The notes under the pieces: generated by a model
The model's input: the letters and a program-made list of their open reading frames with translations, nothing else
Told to the model about the DNA's origin: nothing
Databases searched by the model: none
From: an uncultured Acidiferrobacteraceae bacterium
GTDB lineage: Bacteria; Pseudomonadota; Gammaproteobacteria; Acidiferrobacterales; SZUA-150
Assembly (NCBI GenBank): GCA_913009895.1
Contig: CAJVXY010000005.1
Location: 2,026 to 66,025 of the forward strand
Direction: 5' to 3'
Length of the DNA stretch: 64,000 bases
Translations under genes and position numbers: made by a program
Shown: positions 47,716 to 58,015 of the stretch, piece by piece
How the letters are laid out: each line of letters opens with the position of its first letter
How positions within the stretch are numbered: position 1 is the first letter of the stretch

Positions 47716-48666
47716 ATGCGCATAATCTTCCTCGGAATTGTATTGATAACCCTGGCGGCTTGTACTGACAAATCAACGCCCAGCAACACAAAAGCTATCA
47801 ACCACAGCGCTACCCGGATTACCGAGGGCGTATTTGTTATCCATGGACCGCTCGATTTACCGAATAAAACCAATAAAGGTTTCATGAACAACCCTGGTTT
47901 TGTCATTACCAATAAAGGTGTTGTGGTTATTGACCCAGGCAGTAGCAGAGGCACAGGTGAAATGGTGCTCAGGGAAATTAAAAAGCTTAGCGGCCAACCA
48001 GTCGTTGCTGTTTTTAATTCCCACGAACATGGTGATCACTGGCTGGGCAATGAAGCAATAAAACTCGCTTACCCAAATGTTATTATCTATGGCCATAAGA
48101 ATATGAAACAAGCTGCGGAGTCAGATGGTGACAGCTGGGTTAAAATATTCAAAAATGCGACTGAAGGCACCATAACACCAACTAAAGCAGTACCGCCAAA
48201 CAAGTCTGTTAAACAGAATGAAATTATAAAAGTTGGTGAGATAAGTTTTCGTATTCTCAATTACGGCCAGGCCCATACAAATGGTGATATCATGGTTGAA
48301 GTTGTTGAGAAAAAAGTTCTTTTTGTTGGTGATAATGCCCTCTATAAACGCATGCCAAGACTAAACGATGCCAGTTTTAAAGGAAATATAAACTCGTTGA
48401 ATAAAATCCTTGCACTGGATATAAAATATTATGTGCCTGGTCATGGTATTACCGGCGGCAAAGAAGTGATTATACCTTTTCGGGATTACCTGAGCCTGAT
48501 GAGAAAAAGCATTGTCAGGCTTTACGAAGACAACCTGCTCGACTACGAAATGAAAACAAAAATGAGTCCGGACTTTTCTGCCTGGCGCGACTGGGTTGAT
48601 TTCCCGGAAGAATTTGGCAGACATATTAGTGTGGCGTATCTGGAAGTTGAGAAAGAAGCATTTTAA
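47716..48666 (+). CDS. MBL-fold metallo-hydrolase, lipoprotein
   Basis: Lipobox ITLAAC and the HxHxDH motif (NSHEHGDHWLG). Confidence 0.8.
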   Translation: MRIIFLGIVLITLAACTDKSTPSNTKAINHSATRITEGVFVIHGPLDLPNKTNKGFMNNPGFVITNKGVVVIDPGSSRGTGEMVLREIKKLSGQPVVAVFNSHEHGDHWLGNEAIKLAYPNVIIYGHKNMKQAAESDGDSWVKIFKNATEGTITPTKAVPPNKSVKQNEIIKVGEISFRILNYGQAHTNGDIMVEVVEKKVLFVGDNALYKRMPRLNDASFKGNINSLNKILALDIKYYVPGHGITGGKEVIIPFRDYLSLMRKSIVRLYEDNLLDYEMKTKMSPDFSAWRDWVDFPEEFGRHISVAYLEVEKEAF

Positions 48667-48681
48667 CCGGCTGGATGCTTC

Positions 48682-49305
48682 ATGATAAAAATATACGGGT
48701 TTAAGACTTTTAATCTTGATAAAGTATTATTAACGGCTGAAGAGTTGAAGCTTGATTACGATTATATTCAGTTGAGTCCTGCCAACGGTGAACATAAAAG
48801 CCCTGAACATTTACAGCGACACCCACTAGGAAAGATCCCTGCCATTGAACATAACGGGAAAATGTTGTTTGAAAGCAATGCCATTTGCCGATACCTGGCC
48901 GTTCTCAAAGAATCAAGCCTGCACACTGGTGATGCCTGGCAAAAAGCAGAAATAGATCAATGGATAGATTTTATGACCCAGCACATTGGACGCTGGCTGG
49001 CTGTTTTTTATTTCCAGAGAGTCATCAAACCGAGATTCACAAAAATTCCGGAAAATAAAGAAGCTCTGGATGAAGCAACCGGATTTCTGGCACAACAAAT
49101 ACCGGTGATAGAAAAGCAACTGGGAGACAGCGAATTCCTCGCAACCGACCAGTTTACACTGGCTGATATTATTGCCTTTAGTTATATTCACACCCACGAA
49201 GATACAAACTTTGACCTGTCTGCATATTCGAATCTAATGAAATGGTACCGGACGATAAAACAACGCCCCTCGTACGAAAAAGCGATGGGTAACTATTTAA
49301 CTTAG
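48682..49305 (+). CDS. Glutathione S-transferase family protein
   Basis: 207 aa with an N-terminal thioredoxin-like fold (PLGKIPAIEHNGKMLFESNAICRYL) and a C-terminal alpha domain. Confidence 0.8.
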   Translation: MIKIYGFKTFNLDKVLLTAEELKLDYDYIQLSPANGEHKSPEHLQRHPLGKIPAIEHNGKMLFESNAICRYLAVLKESSLHTGDAWQKAEIDQWIDFMTQHIGRWLAVFYFQRVIKPRFTKIPENKEALDEATGFLAQQIPVIEKQLGDSEFLATDQFTLADIIAFSYIHTHEDTNFDLSAYSNLMKWYRTIKQRPSYEKAMGNYLT

Positions 49306-49441
49306 CGAATTAATAAAAAAATAAAGATTGGGGGCATGCGGCAGGCATCATCCAAACAACCGGAGTTTACAGTTGTTTCTTTTACAGACGTTGCACTTGT
49401 CGTCCTTTAATGCACCCCGGTTTGTTTTGATGCGGAAGTCA

Positions 49442-49458
49442 TAACAACCAGGTTGTTA
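49442..49458. other. Perfect 17-bp palindrome TAACAACC-A-GGTTGTTA
   Basis: Read directly. The 1-nt centre makes an RNA hairpin implausible, so a dimeric protein-binding site is possible. Confidence 0.4.
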
Positions 49459-49695
49459 CAGCCTCTCATTATCATCTCTACTTTCCGAGCTGCGCCGTGT
49501 GTTTCCAGACACGGCGAGAACCGTCACAAGCTAACTGGAGCAGCGTCTGTCATGCTTACCACCCCCAATCACCCAAACCTCCCGCAATGGGAGTAGAAAA
49601 ATTATCTCAGCTAAACTTTAATATTTCATTGATATGTGTCAATAAACTGTTTTTTTTATCTGTCTACAGCCCCGGGAATCATGCCAACAGGCGAT

Positions 49696-50217
49696 TTACC
49701 TGATTTTTATGAAGGCAAAACCCTTTTCCTGTAATTCGGCAATACGAACGACACCCGATTTGACCAGCTCTATGCCTGGCAACAGCTTTTCCTTGTCCAG
49801 ATTAAGTGCGACCCGGGTAATATCACAAAGCTCCAACTTGACATCCTGTGCTTCCTTTATACTAATAACTCGCTCTAATATCTCGGTTTTTCGTTTCAGG
49901 AATTCCTTGTTTTCCTCAAAAGGCGTTCCTTTCATTGGATCCTCTGTTGTATAACGGATCCCCGCTCCCAGGAAAACGATGCGCACGTCATATTCCTGTA
50001 ATGATTCCTGGTACACATTAACCATATTATTGACACTGGTTAGAGTGGCGCTGACCCGGTCCGTGTCATAAAAATCGATGAGATAAACGACCTTTTTTAC
50101 ATCCTCGACCACTGCTTCTGGTTCTGGCGCTTCTTTTGGCGTGCACCCGGAAACCGACAGGACAACGCCCATAAGAGCCAAAAGTACATATAAATTCGCG
50201 ATGTTATTGAACTTCAT
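49696..50217 (-). CDS. DsrE/DsrF-like (COG1416-type) lipoprotein
   Basis: Lipobox VSGC, then KKVVYLIDFYD...VRIVFLGAGIRY...LELCDITRVALNL...VKSGVVRIAELQEKGFAFIKI. Confidence 0.65.
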   Translation of the reverse strand: MKFNNIANLYVLLALMGVVLSVSGCTPKEAPEPEAVVEDVKKVVYLIDFYDTDRVSATLTSVNNMVNVYQESLQEYDVRIVFLGAGIRYTTEDPMKGTPFEENKEFLKRKTEILERVISIKEAQDVKLELCDITRVALNLDKEKLLPGIELVKSGVVRIAELQEKGFAFIKIR

Positions 50218-50368
50218 TTGCCACCTCCTCTTTAAACTTGCTGTTAGTGAATGAAAAACGACAAAAACCTACATTGATTGCGGCCAATATATGCTGTTAT
50301 CAATTGTTAGTCATTAAAAATCGGGGATTTGATCTGACAAATAAAATTGCCGGTGCTATCTTGTTGGT

Positions 50369-51115
50369 ATGAAAATTGCCATTTTATCTGATATCCACAG
50401 CAACCTGGAAGCCCTAAAAGCTTGCTGTCGTAAGGCAGCAAGCATCGGTGTTGAAAAATACTTCTGCCTGGGAGATATGATTGGCTACGCAGCAGATCCG
50501 GTAGCTACCCTCGATATAATAATGAATCTACCAGGTCTTATCGCAGTTAGAGGAAACCATGACAATGCCGCCCTGAATGGTGACTATGCTGGACTAGGTA
50601 AATTCATACAGGAATCTGCTAACTGGACACATCGGCAATTGAGCGCAGAGCATAAGGCCTTCATTCGAAGCCTGCCCTATGTCCAAACTATTGATAACAT
50701 AACTTTAGCCCATGCCTCCGTCTACGAACCAGAACAGTGGCAATATTTATATGATGAACCCCAGATAATAAATTGCCTGGATGCTGCCGGTACCCCGCTT
50801 GTTTTCCTGGGACACACCCATCACCCCAAACTGTATTACGAAAATACGAAATCAGAAATTAGTGAGCTCCATCCGAACGAAAGTACCAGTATTCCTATTT
50901 ACCAGAATCGGCGATATGTGGCGAATGTCGGATCAGTTGGCCAGCCTCGTGACCAGAACAGTGCTGCCAGCTTTGTTATTTATGATACAGGTACCGCTGA
51001 AATTACTTACTACAGGGTAGCCTATGATTTTACAGAAACAGCAGCAAAAATACTTGCTGCGAACCTGCCGCCTGGATTTGCCAAACGTCTGGACAGGCAC
51101 AAGTGGCATCAATGA
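50369..51115 (+). CDS. Metallophosphoesterase (calcineurin-like; candidate protein phosphatase partner)
   Basis: MKIAILSDIHSN...GDMIGYAADP...VRGNHD...GHTHHP. Confidence 0.8.
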   Translation: MKIAILSDIHSNLEALKACCRKAASIGVEKYFCLGDMIGYAADPVATLDIIMNLPGLIAVRGNHDNAALNGDYAGLGKFIQESANWTHRQLSAEHKAFIRSLPYVQTIDNITLAHASVYEPEQWQYLYDEPQIINCLDAAGTPLVFLGHTHHPKLYYENTKSEISELHPNESTSIPIYQNRRYVANVGSVGQPRDQNSAASFVIYDTGTAEITYYRVAYDFTETAAKILAANLPPGFAKRLDRHKWHQ

Positions 51116-52584
51116 ATCACTCTGACTCAATCAAGAAAAATAATGAGCAAGACAGCTCTTTCCATCAGCCAAAACTTGGTGATACTGTTGATGGATTTTA
51201 CATCAAGGAGGCTTTATTCGAAGGAATTTTTAACAACATTTATCGCGTAACGCACCCTGATCACGACCAGGCCCTTATTATGAAGGTACCCAGTCTGAAT
51301 ATCGGCGTCCCGCCCAGCGCCTTCTCGGCGTTTGAGACTGAGGTTCGCATACTGTCCCAACTCCATGGTGTTTATACCCCCAGGGTTATTGCCAAGGGTG
51401 ATATGGCTACCTGCCCTTATGTCGTATTAGAAAATATTGAGCATAACGCCCTGACAAAAGCAATCAAGCGGGCACCCGTCTCGACAGAAGAATTATGTGA
51501 ACTTATGATACCGGTTTGTAAGGCTGTTCACGAATTGCATAAACATAATGTCATTCACCTGGATATAAAACCCGGTAACATTCGTAATCGCAAAAATGGC
51601 CATGTTGTCATTCTCGATTTCGGTAGTTCTCACCATACCCATATTCCGGATATGTATGAGCATCACCATGATGAAGCGCCACGGACACTGGACTATGTCG
51701 CCCCAGAGCAATTACATAATATTCGCCATGAATCCCGTAGCGATATTTATGCGCTCGGTGTAATTCTATACCAGCTGGCTACTGGTAAATTACCTTTTGG
51801 TGAAGCCAATGTCCTAACGGTTAAAAAAAGACTTTACATGCCACCAACTCCGCCCCTGTATTACAATAAAACTTTACCACCCTGGCTACAGGAAATTATC
51901 CTGACTTGCCTGCAGCGTCGCCCGAAAAATCGCTTTGCTACCGCGAAACAAATTGCCCATTCACTTGCCCACCCCAATATAGTCAAGCTAACCCGGAAAG
52001 CAAAACGAACAAAAAAACCCGGTTTCCTGACTATAGTTCGTACATGGCTACACTCAAAACGTGACGATTATCTAAAAACTGCCGGGCTTTATCCCAATAC
52101 CAGGGCCACCAGGACACCACATATCCTGGTTGCACTTGACCTTAGTCATTCTTCTGATGATTTAAAAAAGGCATTGCGAACAACTTTGTGGCGTCTTGCA
52201 AACAGTGACAAGCAGAGTTTCTTTACTATTTTAACGGTACTGGAAAAGAATGACCTGAGCGGAACTGAAGATTTTACTGAGATTATCAAAAATAAACATC
52301 CAACTCATGTCCATCTACAAATAGAATTGCGTCAATGGATGCAACCATTAAATTTACCTGAAAGTCGCGTTAATTATCAGGTTATTGAGGGAAATGTCAG
52401 CGATGAAATATTATATTACGCAAAACACAACATGCTGGACCAAATTGTGATCGGTGCCCGGGGCAGCTCAACACTACGACGATTTTTGGGTAGCGTCTCC
52501 AGCAAGATTGCTGCAGAAGCACCCTGCACCGTAACTGTGGTGCGCAGTCACCTTGACGAGTATATTCAACAAACTGAAGCGTAA
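51112..52584 (+). CDS. Ser/Thr protein kinase fused to a C-terminal universal stress protein (USP) domain
   Basis: Catalytic loop HLDIKPGNI, DFGSS and APE are present. The C-terminal HILVALDLSHSS...IVIGARGSSTLRRFLGSVSSKIAAEAPCTVTVV is USP-like. There is an ATGA start/stop overlap with the phosphoesterase gene (the track start is 51103). Confidence 0.8.
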   Translation: MNHSDSIKKNNEQDSSFHQPKLGDTVDGFYIKEALFEGIFNNIYRVTHPDHDQALIMKVPSLNIGVPPSAFSAFETEVRILSQLHGVYTPRVIAKGDMATCPYVVLENIEHNALTKAIKRAPVSTEELCELMIPVCKAVHELHKHNVIHLDIKPGNIRNRKNGHVVILDFGSSHHTHIPDMYEHHHDEAPRTLDYVAPEQLHNIRHESRSDIYALGVILYQLATGKLPFGEANVLTVKKRLYMPPTPPLYYNKTLPPWLQEIILTCLQRRPKNRFATAKQIAHSLAHPNIVKLTRKAKRTKKPGFLTIVRTWLHSKRDDYLKTAGLYPNTRATRTPHILVALDLSHSSDDLKKALRTTLWRLANSDKQSFFTILTVLEKNDLSGTEDFTEIIKNKHPTHVHLQIELRQWMQPLNLPESRVNYQVIEGNVSDEILYYAKHNMLDQIVIGARGSSTLRRFLGSVSSKIAAEAPCTVTVVRSHLDEYIQQTEA

Positions 52585-52595
52585 CTTTTTGTCAC

Positions 52596-53072
52596 TCACT
52601 GTCTCGCTTTCGCAAAATCACTATGGGTGACATTTGACATTAACTGTGTGAATTGCATTCCGCTCATATGAATAAGATGCGTGTGATCACCTGCTTCAAA
52701 ATATACATCGGAGCAATTCTCCAGGCTTTTGTCCATAATGACATCTATCCCATAGGCATTACCAATAGGCGGAATCGCACCCAGTTCGCAGTCTGCAAAT
52801 AAATGGCCAACTTCATTTTCTGGTGCCAGGACCAAATGCTTGTGATATTGATTATGAAGTTTATCCAGGTTCACCTGGTAATTTGCCGGGATAACCGCCA
52901 ATAAATATCTGCCGTTTTCATCCTCCAACATGACACTTTTTACCATGTGTTTGCCCGGAATATGGGCAACCTGGGCCGTCTCTGAACTGGCATAGGTATG
53001 GGAATGTATAAGAACCGTATAATCTATATTTTTATCTGTCAGGTATGATTTTAAAGTGATTGCAATAGCCAC
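52596..53072 (-). CDS. YbaK/ProX-like aminoacyl-tRNA deacylase domain protein
   Basis: 158 aa, ...KSVMLEDENGRYLLAVIPANYQVNLDKL...GAIPPIGNAYG... Confidence 0.65.
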   Translation of the reverse strand: MAIAITLKSYLTDKNIDYTVLIHSHTYASSETAQVAHIPGKHMVKSVMLEDENGRYLLAVIPANYQVNLDKLHNQYHKHLVLAPENEVGHLFADCELGAIPPIGNAYGIDVIMDKSLENCSDVYFEAGDHTHLIHMSGMQFTQLMSNVTHSDFAKARQ

Positions 53073-53208
53073 GATTGCACCTCCTTGTCGATGAGACTAA
53101 TTTTCTCATATTCTGTCCCGGTTAGCACGTATTATTTGTCTACCTATTGTTGACATATAATAATATAAAATAAATTAATAATCATTCATAAATATTTTTT
53201 GTGCCTGA

Positions 53209-54180
53209 CTAATTATACTGAGGCAATTCCTTTACTTTGATGTAAACCTCCATTTCAACAAATCCTTCGGCTCTAGAGTCATTGAGGTAATGGGCAACAG
53301 GCGGATAATCATCGGGCTCAAAACCGCTACCTGGAAGCCAGGCTGAATACAACTCCATATAAAAGTTGCTAACCTTATCTCCATCCCCTTTATAATAGGC
53401 TACCGCATACTTGCCACCGGGAATAATGGATAACTGGTACGGTTCACTTATATCTACACCATGATTTTTACCAATCTCAATGGTTGCATCGTATCGACAT
53501 TGTTCGGTCGGGGTAATCATAGGATTATCATGGCAAATAGCAAAACGTTTTTTTTCCACATCCGCAATACCAAGCGACCTGCCCCATTCGGTAATCTTGT
53601 CCCAGGTTTTGAAAATTGCATCAAGCTCATAACCTTTAGGTGCCGTAAGGTATGCAATATTTTTTTCAGCCATTTTTTTTATTTTTACATTCATCAACAT
53701 TTCCTCGAGTTTCTCCGGTTTAAATACCACCACATTCGTGATTAACTGAGAATAGAGCTTCTTTGGATCGAATTCCTTTCCATACTTGCTATGAATTTTT
53801 CCAATCTTGCTGTTTTTAGTGCTTTTTTTAATATTGGCTGGATTTCTGATCTGGCTTGGGCTGATACCAAAATATTGCTTAAAGGATTTTGAAAAATTTG
53901 CACCAGAAGAATAACCACACTTGTCGGCAACACTGGTAATTGTCAATGCCGGTTTCCAAATTAGCATACTGGCAGCCATTTCGAGTTTCTTGCGTGTTAC
54001 ATAATCATTAACCGTCTCACCGACAATGCCATGGAAAATTCGATGGAAATGATAGGGTGAAAAATGGCTCGCTTTGGCAATACCATCGAGATTGACCGGT
54101 TTATTAAGGTTTTCGTGTATATAGGCCAATGACAGATTGATACGACGAATATACTCAGCCTGTGTATTTCTTTTTTTCAT
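53209..54180 (-). CDS. AraC-family regulator with a GyrI-like effector-binding domain
   Basis: The likely start is MKKRNTQAEYIRRIN. The HTH_18 region reads SHFSPYHFHRIFHGIVGETVNDYVTRKKLE...GYSSGANFSKSFKQYFGISPSQ. The C-terminal half is GyrI-like. Confidence 0.8.
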   Translation of the reverse strand: MKKRNTQAEYIRRINLSLAYIHENLNKPVNLDGIAKASHFSPYHFHRIFHGIVGETVNDYVTRKKLEMAASMLIWKPALTITSVADKCGYSSGANFSKSFKQYFGISPSQIRNPANIKKSTKNSKIGKIHSKYGKEFDPKKLYSQLITNVVVFKPEKLEEMLMNVKIKKMAEKNIAYLTAPKGYELDAIFKTWDKITEWGRSLGIADVEKKRFAICHDNPMITPTEQCRYDATIEIGKNHGVDISEPYQLSIIPGGKYAVAYYKGDGDKVSNFYMELYSAWLPGSGFEPDDYPPVAHYLNDSRAEGFVEMEVYIKVKELPQYN

Positions 54181-54364
54181 AAATGACTTTTTACAGTTAT
54201 TGGAAATAATAGTAAAGATGCTATTAATTAATGACGAATTCTTCATTAATTAATATACTTGGCCTGCCAGGTTATAATTCTTGTCTTTGATTATTACCTT
54301 TAATAATGACCAACATTGAACTAATAATATAATATCAGCTCAAATATAATAATAAGGAATCCAC

Positions 54365-55426
54365 ATGCGCATCGGTATACCAAAAGAAATCAAGATCCAG
54401 GAAACGCGTGTTGCGCTGGTTCCAGCTGCTGCTACGGAGCTGATCAAACAGGGCCACGAGGTTTATATTGAGGCAAATGCCGGCCTGTTAAGCGGTTATG
54501 CTGATGTAGACTATCGTGACTGTGGTGCAAAAATCAGCCCATCGGCAGAAGCATTGTATGATAGCGCCGAAATGATAGTGAAAGTCAAGGAACCAATAGC
54601 CAAAGATCTGGCACTGTTAAAATCTCATCACATTTTATTTTCCTACTTACACCTGGCAGCAGCACCAGTCCTGCTAAAATCTCTTTGTGATATAGGCTTA
54701 ACAAGCATTGCTTTTGAAACCGTCGCCACTACCGATAACCAACTTCCCTTATTGGCACCAATGAGTAATATCGCTGGTCGCGTCTCAGTTCATATTGGTA
54801 CCACACTGCTGCATCACACCCATGGCGGGCGTGGCATTCTTTTAGGTGGTATACCCGGTGCCGAACGGGGCCATGTCGTCATTCTTGGTGCTGGCATGGC
54901 GGGTGGTAATGCCGCCAGTGTCGCAGCAGCACTGGGATGCGAAGTAACAGTTTTTGATCGTAACCAGATTCAACTCCAGGCAATGTCTGCCCTGGGAAAT
55001 AATGTTACGGCCCTGGATGCCTCTGCTGACAATATTCAGGAAGCCGTTATCCAGGCAGATTTGTTAATTGGCGCAGTACTGGTAACAGGTGCGAAGGCGC
55101 CACATTTAGTTTCGTCCGAAACGGTCAAGGCCATGAAGGCTGGCAGCGTTATTATTGATATCTCGGTCGACCAGGGCGGTTGTATCGAAACAACGCGGCC
55201 CACGGATTGGGAAAATCCTACCTTCATCCACGAACAGGTTGTGCATTTTGGTGTCACCAATATGCCCGCAGTGGTACCAAGAAGTGCATCACAAACACTT
55301 TCTGCAGCGCTTGTCCCCTACCTGCTGCGCCTGGCCGATGAAGACTGGGAAAACCAGCCCGACCTTGCCGGCGCAATTAATACAAAAGCAGGCACAGTGA
55401 TTCATCCCGCCTTGTTAGATATTTAA
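54365..55426 (+). CDS. ald: Alanine dehydrogenase
   Basis: MRIGIPKEIKIQETRVALVPAA...KVKEP...VILGAGMAGGNAA...IDISVDQGGC... Confidence 0.85.
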   Translation: MRIGIPKEIKIQETRVALVPAAATELIKQGHEVYIEANAGLLSGYADVDYRDCGAKISPSAEALYDSAEMIVKVKEPIAKDLALLKSHHILFSYLHLAAAPVLLKSLCDIGLTSIAFETVATTDNQLPLLAPMSNIAGRVSVHIGTTLLHHTHGGRGILLGGIPGAERGHVVILGAGMAGGNAASVAAALGCEVTVFDRNQIQLQAMSALGNNVTALDASADNIQEAVIQADLLIGAVLVTGAKAPHLVSSETVKAMKAGSVIIDISVDQGGCIETTRPTDWENPTFIHEQVVHFGVTNMPAVVPRSASQTLSAALVPYLLRLADEDWENQPDLAGAINTKAGTVIHPALLDI

Positions 55427-55460
55427 TAACCTGTTACTTATCATTATATATAGCTATAAC

Positions 55461-56117
55461 CTAATCATCGCTCTTAAAGCCTGCTGCTGTGTGGCTGCCA
55501 TCACAAAAGGGCTTGTTTTTGGAAGCACCACAACGGCACAATGCTACCTGCTTTCCAGTCCAGGCTACCCGGCCACTGCCGTTGCTCATGGTTAGATTTC
55601 CTGAGACTAACAATGGGCCATCTGTCAGGGGCTTGATTTTTAACTTGCCACCGGTATTCTCCAAACCCTCTCCCGAATCACCAACAGCACCATAGTCCTT
55701 AAAATTACCGTCCTCATGGGAATTGTCACAGAATGGTTTATTTTTCGACAAACCACAACGGCATAATGCTGCCCGGTATTTAACACCGGTAAAATCGTCT
55801 GACACAGACTCAATTTCGAGGTCGCCTCGAACGAAATACGGGCCGTTATAACTGACGGTAACGGTATTACCAGTCTCAGGCTTTTCTTCAGCAGACTGAT
55901 CCTTGAGTGTGTAAGTCAAAGCGCCACTGGGACAACGCTCTACTACACTGATTGTTTCATCACCTGCTACCAGATCTGGTTGGCACCAGGGCTTGCGACC
56001 ACCGATGAAAAGCTCTCCCCTGGCACGACCGCACTCCGCGATATGGATACATAATACTCCATCCCATGTCACATCAATTTTTTCACCCGTAAATACGATT
56101 TTTTCATTGTTAGCCAT
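55461..56117 (-). CDS. CDGSH iron-sulfur domain protein (two CDGSH-type motifs plus an N-terminal divergent Fe-S region)
   Basis: CRCGLSKNKPFCDNSH and CRCGASKNKPFCDGSH. Confidence 0.8.
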   Translation of the reverse strand: MANNEKIVFTGEKIDVTWDGVLCIHIAECGRARGELFIGGRKPWCQPDLVAGDETISVVERCPSGALTYTLKDQSAEEKPETGNTVTVSYNGPYFVRGDLEIESVSDDFTGVKYRAALCRCGLSKNKPFCDNSHEDGNFKDYGAVGDSGEGLENTGGKLKIKPLTDGPLLVSGNLTMSNGSGRVAWTGKQVALCRCGASKNKPFCDGSHTAAGFKSDD

Positions 56118-56187
56118 AAAACACTCCTCCCGTGATTAATAAAATAACAAGAATCCAGTTAACCAGTTATAAAGAAAATTATAGCAA

Positions 56188-57150
56188 TCACAACCAGTTC
56201 GTAGTCAGAAAGCCCACACCAAAACGGGTGCTGGAATAATTATAATCAATCAGGCTCTCGCCATAACCATGGAATGCCTGAATATAAAACTGGAACCTGG
56301 GCACATACCAAACAGGAAAACCAAAGTCAATTTGTACCGCGCCTCGATTCTCTTTGGTAATTTCCAGGTTATTTCGTAATAGCATACTGGCCTGGTATTT
56401 ACCGTTACTATAGGCAAATATAATATCACCCCTGCCCATATAATCGAGGATATGGCGATTATCATCACTGCTCTTGCTCTCCGGTATACGATACCAGGGC
56501 CGTAAACTTAACGCGTAATTTCCCCTGGCAAAAACGGTGTTCAGGTAAATACGGTTCCAACTTCGTGATTTTGGTTCGGTCTGGCCATTGGATTGATGGT
56601 TAAAAGCCAGGGTCATCACGGGCACCTCTATATCCCAAAATACTTTTCTCATGGGTAAATAGTTCAACATTATTTCAGGCTCATAATTTGATTCACGAAA
56701 AGGTGCCGAGTTTCTTTTATTGTATAACTGCCAGAAAGATTTCTGTGTATAGCCGATAAAAGCGGAGAAATGATCTTGGGATTTATTTTCCTGGATCCAG
56801 ATGGGATATTTAAAACTGACCTGAAAAATCACTTCCTGGTTATTTGGCTCTCCTTCATAACCGATCCAGGTATCCAGGTTTGGTTCTTGCTCATAGGCAT
56901 ATAACAGGATGTAGTTCTGCTTGTGGGGGATAAGCGTATTACTTTCTGCCAGGGCGCGGCCCTCTTTATTGATCCGGCAATCTACCCGGGTAACTTCGTC
57001 AGGTAATGACCGATTTTTACAAATGTTCTTAACGCGTCTATATTCTTCTCTGTTCCTCTTTTTTTCATCTGTTGGCTCTGCATTTATTTCAGCGAATACA
57101 CTTGTCATAAAAAATACTGAAAAAAGAAAAATCAATAATCGCATACTCAT
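56188..57150 (-). CDS. pldA: Outer-membrane phospholipase A
   Basis: Signal peptide, YEPEI, and the catalytic motif FNHQSNGQTEPKSRSWNRIY (His-Ser...Asn as in E. coli PldA). Confidence 0.85.
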   Translation of the reverse strand: MSMRLLIFLFSVFFMTSVFAEINAEPTDEKKRNREEYRRVKNICKNRSLPDEVTRVDCRINKEGRALAESNTLIPHKQNYILLYAYEQEPNLDTWIGYEGEPNNQEVIFQVSFKYPIWIQENKSQDHFSAFIGYTQKSFWQLYNKRNSAPFRESNYEPEIMLNYLPMRKVFWDIEVPVMTLAFNHQSNGQTEPKSRSWNRIYLNTVFARGNYALSLRPWYRIPESKSSDDNRHILDYMGRGDIIFAYSNGKYQASMLLRNNLEITKENRGAVQIDFGFPVWYVPRFQFYIQAFHGYGESLIDYNYSSTRFGVGFLTTNWL

Positions 57151-57389
57151 TTTAACTATAAGCTCCCTTTTTTATTTTTTTGACCGTAAACAAGGATTTA
57201 TTATTACACTAAAACTTTCGATATGCCCCCTGTTATCTGCAGTTGGCCTGCATTGTAGCGTGGTCGCAAATAATAAAAAACTGTAACAGCAATCAACAAC
57301 ACCAACTTCATGCTAAAAAATGATGGAAAGCAAAATATTCATATTTTTTTCCGGAGAATTGGTTGTCCAGGTTTCTATTTGGTACAGGA

Positions 57390-57878
57390 TTATCGACCGC
57401 CCGGATAATATTTACCACGACGATTTAATGATCTGCCAGAAACGTTACCCCCTGGCCTACTACTTTGACCCGCCCTTGCGTTCAATACTGACACCGGCAC
57501 CAGTTGGCCACTATCCTGCTTGCCTTTTGGTAATAACCTCAATCCACTGACCACGGCTCTTTGTTCAGCATTAGTTTTGTATTCAATGACATAACTCAGG
57601 CCCTTGACTACTTTTTGCAGGGCCTGTTGTAGTGATTGCGGTGGCAACTGAAAATTAACAGTTTTTTCAACCGCAGGATCAACGCGTATGGTGATATTCG
57701 TTTTTTGGGCCACTTCTGATAGCACAGAAGTTAACGAGGCGTTCTGAGCCTGGATGCTTATTTTATCGCGCTGTTGATCGTATTCAATCGCAATATATGG
57801 GTTGCTGGCAAAAAGCGATGCTGGTAAACCCAGCACCAACGCAAGCATAGTAGCCAAATAACCGGATAGATAAGGCAT
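57390..57878 (-). CDS. Hypothetical secreted protein (STN-like segment possible)
   Basis: 162 aa with a signal-like N-terminus; LTSVLSEVAQKTNITIRVDPAV resembles secretin/TonB N-terminal short domains. Confidence 0.45.
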   Translation of the reverse strand: MPYLSGYLATMLALVLGLPASLFASNPYIAIEYDQQRDKISIQAQNASLTSVLSEVAQKTNITIRVDPAVEKTVNFQLPPQSLQQALQKVVKGLSYVIEYKTNAEQRAVVSGLRLLPKGKQDSGQLVPVSVLNARAGQSSRPGGNVSGRSLNRRGKYYPGGR

Positions 57879-58015
57879 AGTAATCTCAAAAAATTCAATC
57901 CAGAGTCCTCATAATACGCCCGCAGTGCAGGTTTTTCCACAAACTGGTGTACCAATTGTTATGCTATCGCTCCATTAGTTTCCAGGAAAACTTAAATCAC
58001 GATATAATCCCGCCA

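Noticed and set aside
49330-49620. Known structured RNAs (6S, RNase P, SRP, cobalamin or c-di-GMP riboswitch) in the long spacer.
   Set aside because: None of the signature conserved motifs I can recall (for example GAGGAAAGTCCGGGC for RNase P, or the B12 box) is present. It is kept as an unexplained structured region instead.
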